Assembly: GCA_963717145.1 (NCBI GenBank)
Contig: OY970325.1
Span: 544,001-608,000, forward strand
DNA: 64,000 nucleotides
DNA from: an uncultured Armatimonadetes bacterium
GTDB taxonomy: Bacteria > Armatimonadota > UBA5829 > DTJY01
Direction: 5' to 3'
Numbering within the stretch: position 1 is the first letter of the stretch; the number at the start of each line of letters is the position of its first letter. Below are positions 60,901 through 64,000 of the stretch, piece by piece. The notes beneath the pieces are model-generated. The model was not told where the DNA came from. It saw only the letters and a list, made by a program, of their open reading frames with translations, and did no database searches. The translations under genes were made by a program, and so were the position numbers.

Positions 60901-60962
60901 ACGGCAAGCAGAATGAGGAGGGCAAACATGAGCCGCCCGGGTTTCGTCATCTGAGACTCCAT
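57942..60962 (-). CDS. Large secreted carbohydrate-active-like hypothetical protein with CBM-like inserts
   Basis: Signal peptide; YVEPW, DGVYLD, LDVMGTE, CLFYGVFP, AGWQPVT; NGGFE and WLDDV CBM-like motifs. The start could be ATG 60950. Confidence 0.68.
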   Translation of the reverse strand: MESQMTKPGRLMFALLILLAVALPLISCAAESNLRETAGTIRLSTDDRMELSLDQSDGKAKRLRIGGASFPLYAPLIRFEEVIEDPDAPDLLAGNWSVPDASIEESANGHPGKWMRVSGEDEVRPKTQVQVNQTEAQPLVLSGWCQAHLEGEALGWINRNLALNANVSHSDGSKMPEVSAYFGQYDHSPQFNKRIICPDRPLKSVDLDLSVPGGKCTAWYRDVKLQPADYRISSPVGSLRRIDGSVLQEFEIAPSSLKGLVTYRPKPDCIEVGCSFESTQPVDRAISGYVAIPFDAIGGVWWDDMRTKRKIEPGMLYRAGKWYGAGRDGYNSRYPIACIETAKGVGLALGTSVAEPRVFQTEYDAERKELRIRFDIGMSPNAGLWANKGSFTAYLFTYMDGFRGATEKYQRIFGWAFENRVEKQGIWLPFMTPPAIVEHEDFHFAFLESVGHMGWDERQGMYAFQYVEPWIHHQEIGDEVHGAVVPQRSVDLAKRIVNEDDRSLPLDIRRRYPAYLGSYIEDQWTHPQGYFFRSPQGRNENMMIVNPNASGWDREVIRETMAVSRQWDLPGWTFARVSAHPFLEVDTEQKASGKQSVRFDPIEGKSQYEQYLRGISQIIRYEGESLGPFTLSYSARGEDMPIGGTGFRWRVTFWFEEGTSKAESLAIEDLSGEWKKSTHSITLDRLPKFVSVSLDTPALTPDSTILWLDDVSLDVGGRNFLANGGFEEAELLPCRLDGVYLDTMECYEANLNYRRAHWLHTEEPLTFDSARNPAMQQVFSHISFAKHIAEWMHSGDRLTFGNCVPVTPFAAPYLDVMGTEFFWKPGGTWSPWPDSEFNFARFMSRGKPYCALQYSDLTVDEETRYVKRCLFYGVFPSNQGAPSGGWYWADPIVVNRHRPVFAKYVPTIIEVAEAGWQPVTLARTDDPDVWIERFGDGKTLYLTVFNPSATRKTVTVTLDPRSEVTLRSGLTDVLTGKSVRWKPRTASFEVGLDAEDVAVYRIGGRP

Positions 60963-61074
60963 GCGCAGATTATATCACACAAGCCGCCGCCGCGCTGTCC
61001 TCAATGCAGCAGCAGTTGGCTCATATTGACAAACCGCGTGACGCGGTGCGATCATGGGTGCAGAGGTATATCCC

Positions 61075-62700
61075 ATGATCGCCAAAGCCGTCATCATACT
61101 TGTTCTCGCTCTCACCATCGCAAACCAGACCGTTGCCGGCTCGCAAGGCAGCTTCTTCGCCAAGAAGTCATACGTTTCCAAGCCGCTCCCGAAGTTCGAG
61201 ACGTCCCGCGTTCAGTTGCCGGCGCCGATCTACGACGAGAGGCCGCTCTTCGTGCAACTCTACTGGAAAGCCTGGGAACTCGCATTCCGAAACTTCTACG
61301 AGCCGACGCCACAGAACGGCTTCGTCTCGCAGTATATAGACGCAGCCTTCAACCAGAACATCTTCCTCTGGGACACTTGCTTCATGACTATGTTCTGCAA
61401 TGTCGCCCATCCGCTGACGCCGGGGATAGGTTCGCTCGACAACTTCTACGCCAAGCAGTACGAAGACGGCGAGATATGCCGCGAGATCAGCCGGACGACG
61501 GGCATCGATTACCATGAGTGGGTCAACCGAGAGGGCAGGGGGCTCTTCAGCCGATGGGGATGGAATACGGGCGAGGGGAGCCTGCCTGTGATCTACCGCG
61601 ATCGCACGGAGCCTGTGCCGCCGCCGATCCTGACTCTCGATGCGCTCGATCACCCGATATTCGCCTGGGCCGAACTGGAAAGCTACCGGGCAACAGGCGA
61701 TCTCGAGAGGCTCAAGCTCGTCTACGAGCCCCTGGTCCACTACTATGAGGCCCTTGAGAAGTACCTCCGCCAGGGGAACGGCCTGTACATCACCGACTGG
61801 GCGAGCATGGACAATTCGGCGCGCAATCCCTACCTCAAGAACGGCGGAACGGGCATCGACATCTCCTGCGAGATGGTGCTCTTCGCCCGTCAGCTCTCCT
61901 ATATCGCGAAGTTGATCGGCAAGCGGGCCGAATCGGACGACTTCGCCCGCCGGGCCGATGATACCGCCGGCATCATCAACCGGGAGATGTGGGACGGGCA
62001 GCGGAAGTTCTACTTCGACCTGACTCAGGAGGGCAAGCGCGCTCCGGTGAAGACAGTCGCAGCGTACTGGGCGCTGGTATCGAGGGTAGCCTCCCGTGAC
62101 CAGGCGCTCGCACTCGCCTCCGAACTCGGGAATCCCGCCACATTCGGCCGCCTGAACCGCGTGCCGACCCTCTCCGCCGACGAGCCGGGATACGATCCCG
62201 CAGGGGGATACTGGCAGGGCGCCGTCTGGTCGCCAACCGAGACGATGGTGATCCGCGGCCTGGAGAAGTATGGCTTCAACGACCTGGCGCGCCAGATTGC
62301 GATGGAGCACCTGGGCCTCGCGGGGGAGGTCTTCCGCAAGACCGGGACCGTCTGGGAGAACTATGCGCCCGACTCCCTCGAGCAGGGAAAGCCCGCGGGC
62401 GGAGACTTCGTCGGCTGGAGCGGTCTCGCCCCGATCCTTTATCTCATGGAATACGCAGTGGGCCTGAAGCCCGATGCCCCGAAGAACGAGTTGCTCTGGG
62501 ATCTCCGTTCGGATTTGCGAGTGGGATGCGAGAGATATCGCTTCAATGGACATGTCGTCTCACTGATCGCGGAACCGGGATCGACGAAGCCGCGGATCTC
62601 GGTCGAATCCGATGGCGCATTTAGTCTCCGCGTCGTGCGAGGCGCCAAGCAGAAGACATATGCAGTAAAGCCCGGCAAGCAGATCCTCGCCTTCCCGTAG
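61075..62700 (+). CDS. Trehalase / GH63 (MGH1-like) (alpha/alpha)6 glycosidase, secreted
   Basis: IFLWDTCF, SMDNSAR, MWD..FYFD, YWQGAVW, VWENY, DFVGWSG; signal peptide from ATG 61075. Confidence 0.85.
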   Translation: MIAKAVIILVLALTIANQTVAGSQGSFFAKKSYVSKPLPKFETSRVQLPAPIYDERPLFVQLYWKAWELAFRNFYEPTPQNGFVSQYIDAAFNQNIFLWDTCFMTMFCNVAHPLTPGIGSLDNFYAKQYEDGEICREISRTTGIDYHEWVNREGRGLFSRWGWNTGEGSLPVIYRDRTEPVPPPILTLDALDHPIFAWAELESYRATGDLERLKLVYEPLVHYYEALEKYLRQGNGLYITDWASMDNSARNPYLKNGGTGIDISCEMVLFARQLSYIAKLIGKRAESDDFARRADDTAGIINREMWDGQRKFYFDLTQEGKRAPVKTVAAYWALVSRVASRDQALALASELGNPATFGRLNRVPTLSADEPGYDPAGGYWQGAVWSPTETMVIRGLEKYGFNDLARQIAMEHLGLAGEVFRKTGTVWENYAPDSLEQGKPAGGDFVGWSGLAPILYLMEYAVGLKPDAPKNELLWDLRSDLRVGCERYRFNGHVVSLIAEPGSTKPRISVESDGAFSLRVVRGAKQKTYAVKPGKQILAFP

Positions 62701-62711
62701 TGCCGCGCGGT

Positions 62712-62740
62712 TTGACACCTCCTGCTGCTTCTGTTAGAAT
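62712..62740 (+). promoter_or_regulatory. Sigma70-type promoter
   Basis: TTGACA-17 bp-TAGAAT. Confidence 0.75.
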
Positions 62741-62774
62741 TCCGTAGCTACGCGAACGGAAGGGGAAACCTCAT

Positions 62775-63485
62775 ATGAGCGAACAGCTCGACGCGCTGTA
62801 CCAACTGCAACTCATCGACCTCGAATTGGATAAGTACAAGAAGGCCAAGGCCGCGCTGGACGACGGTTCAGCCAGGAAGGAACAGGTCGAGAGATGGCGC
62901 GCTCAGTCCGTCGAAGCTGATCGTCTCCTCCATGAAGCCGCAACCGAGCTTAGGGACAAGGAACTCACCGTCAAGTCCATCGAGGAGAAGAAGAAGCAGT
63001 TCCAGGACAAGATGTATTCCGGCAAAGTCTCGAATCCGAAGGAACTCTCCGGAATGAATGACGAGGTCAAGATGCTCGACCGTCAGCGTGGCAAGCTGGA
63101 GGAGCGCATGCTGGAACTGATGGAGATCGTCGAGGGGAGTAAGATCACCGCAGCCAATGCCGCCGAGAGCCTGAAGCAGCAGCAGGAGAAGCTCGATGCC
63201 TACCTTGCGAAGGTGGCGGAGAACAGCCGCATTCTGACGAAGAACATCGAGATACTCGCGCACCGTCGCGAAACCGCTGCGGGTCACATCGAGCCGGCAT
63301 TGCTCAAGCGCTATGAGGCTCTCCAGGCGCGCATCGGAGTCCTGGCGATCGGGAAAATCGAGGGCAACCAGTGCGGTGGATGCCATACCGGCCTTATGGT
63401 CTTCCAACTGCGGGAGTTGGAGCTGAATAAGGGCGTGGTCACCTGCGAGAACTGCGGTCGAATTCTGTTCAAGGAGAAGCAGTGA
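62775..63485 (+). CDS. Coiled-coil C4 zinc-ribbon protein (DUF164 / CT398-like)
   Basis: LYQLQLIDLE, long coiled coil, CGGCH..CENCGRIL. Confidence 0.9.
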   Translation: MSEQLDALYQLQLIDLELDKYKKAKAALDDGSARKEQVERWRAQSVEADRLLHEAATELRDKELTVKSIEEKKKQFQDKMYSGKVSNPKELSGMNDEVKMLDRQRGKLEERMLELMEIVEGSKITAANAAESLKQQQEKLDAYLAKVAENSRILTKNIEILAHRRETAAGHIEPALLKRYEALQARIGVLAIGKIEGNQCGGCHTGLMVFQLRELELNKGVVTCENCGRILFKEKQ

Positions 63486-64000
63486 TGGCGGGGCGAGCGA
63501 TCCTCGCGGTGGACGGCGCTGCGAAAGGCAACCCCGGTCCCGCCGGCATCGGAATCGTCATCAGCGATGAATCGGGCGCGGTCCTTAAGGAGATCGGCGA
63601 GTATATCGGCGAGGCGACCAACAACTGTGCAGAGTACACTGCGCTGATCCGAGGTCTCTCGGAAGTCAGCGGGATGGGGTTCTCGGAGGTCAGCGTCTAC
63701 ACGGACAGTGAGTTGATGGCTCGTCAGATCAATGGCCGTTACCAGGTGAGGTCGGAGGGCCTGATCCCATTGTGCGACGCTGCCCAGGGTCTTCTCCGGA
63801 AGTTCAAGTCAGCCACGATCGAGAACGTTCCCCGTGCGAAGAACAAGGCGGCTGATAAGCTTGCCAGCGCCGCCGCTCAGCAGCTCGCCCAGCCGGAACT
63901 CGCGTTGTTGGGGAGGGAGTTGGACTCCCTCCCCGCCTCAGGTACCGGGGAGGGAGTCCAACTCCCTCCCCAACAACGCTCCAAACCGGCGAAGAAGGCC
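63485..64000 (+). CDS. rnhA: Ribonuclease HI family protein (3' end outside the window)
   Basis: Manually translated: VDGAAKGNPGPAGIG, ATNNCAEY, TDSELMARQING, VPRAKNKAADKLA; ATG overlaps the upstream TGA; open to the window end. Confidence 0.88.
   Translation, partial: MAGRAILAVDGAAKGNPGPAGIGIVISDESGAVLKEIGEYIGEATNNCAEYTALIRGLSEVSGMGFSEVSVYTDSELMARQINGRYQVRSEGLIPLCDAAQGLLRKFKSATIENVPRAKNKAADKLASAAAQQLAQPELALLGRELDSLPASGTGEGVQLPPQQRSKPAKKA
63902..63979. repeat. REPIN-like element in frame within the RNase H ORF (GGAG-TTGGA-CTCC family, copy D)
   Basis: GCGTTGTTGGGGAGGGAGTTGGACTCCCTCCCCG ... CGGGGAGGGAGTCCAACTCCCTCCCCAACAACGC. Confidence 0.85.

Overview
GC-rich (roughly 60-65% by eye) bacterial chromosomal segment. 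The gene content (DUF6785-type membrane protein, golvesin-like/FN3 amidases, many signal-peptide glycosidases, URO-D-family proteins) is suggestive of an Armatimonadota-like lineage, but this is inference only. The window is dominated by carbohydrate-utilisation genes (GHL10, NPCBM-GH, GH123-like, GH30, two GH2, GH63/trehalase-like, and ABC/MFS/SSS transporters). It also contains a divergent locus with two atypical glycyl-radical enzymes, a Zn-dehydrogenase and a URO-D-family protein; a DegT aminotransferase plus HisD/HpsN-like pair; two paralogous multi-domain amidases sharing a ~260-nt leader; a GlmL-like gene pair interrupted by an HTH/PIN toxin-antitoxin module; and housekeeping genes (FKBP, YjbQ, Zn-ribbon, RNase HI). 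Non-coding DNA is unusually rich in repeats: a 12x43-bp palindromic tandem array preceded by 22-bp-phased boxes, a 21-bp array, several REP/REPIN families, and a covarying GGAG-TTG(T/G)A-CTCC REPIN family, two copies of which lie in frame inside protein-coding genes. Four genes carry apparent single frameshifts, probably sequencing indels. No rRNA, tRNA, CRISPR-Cas, transposase or integrase was recognised.
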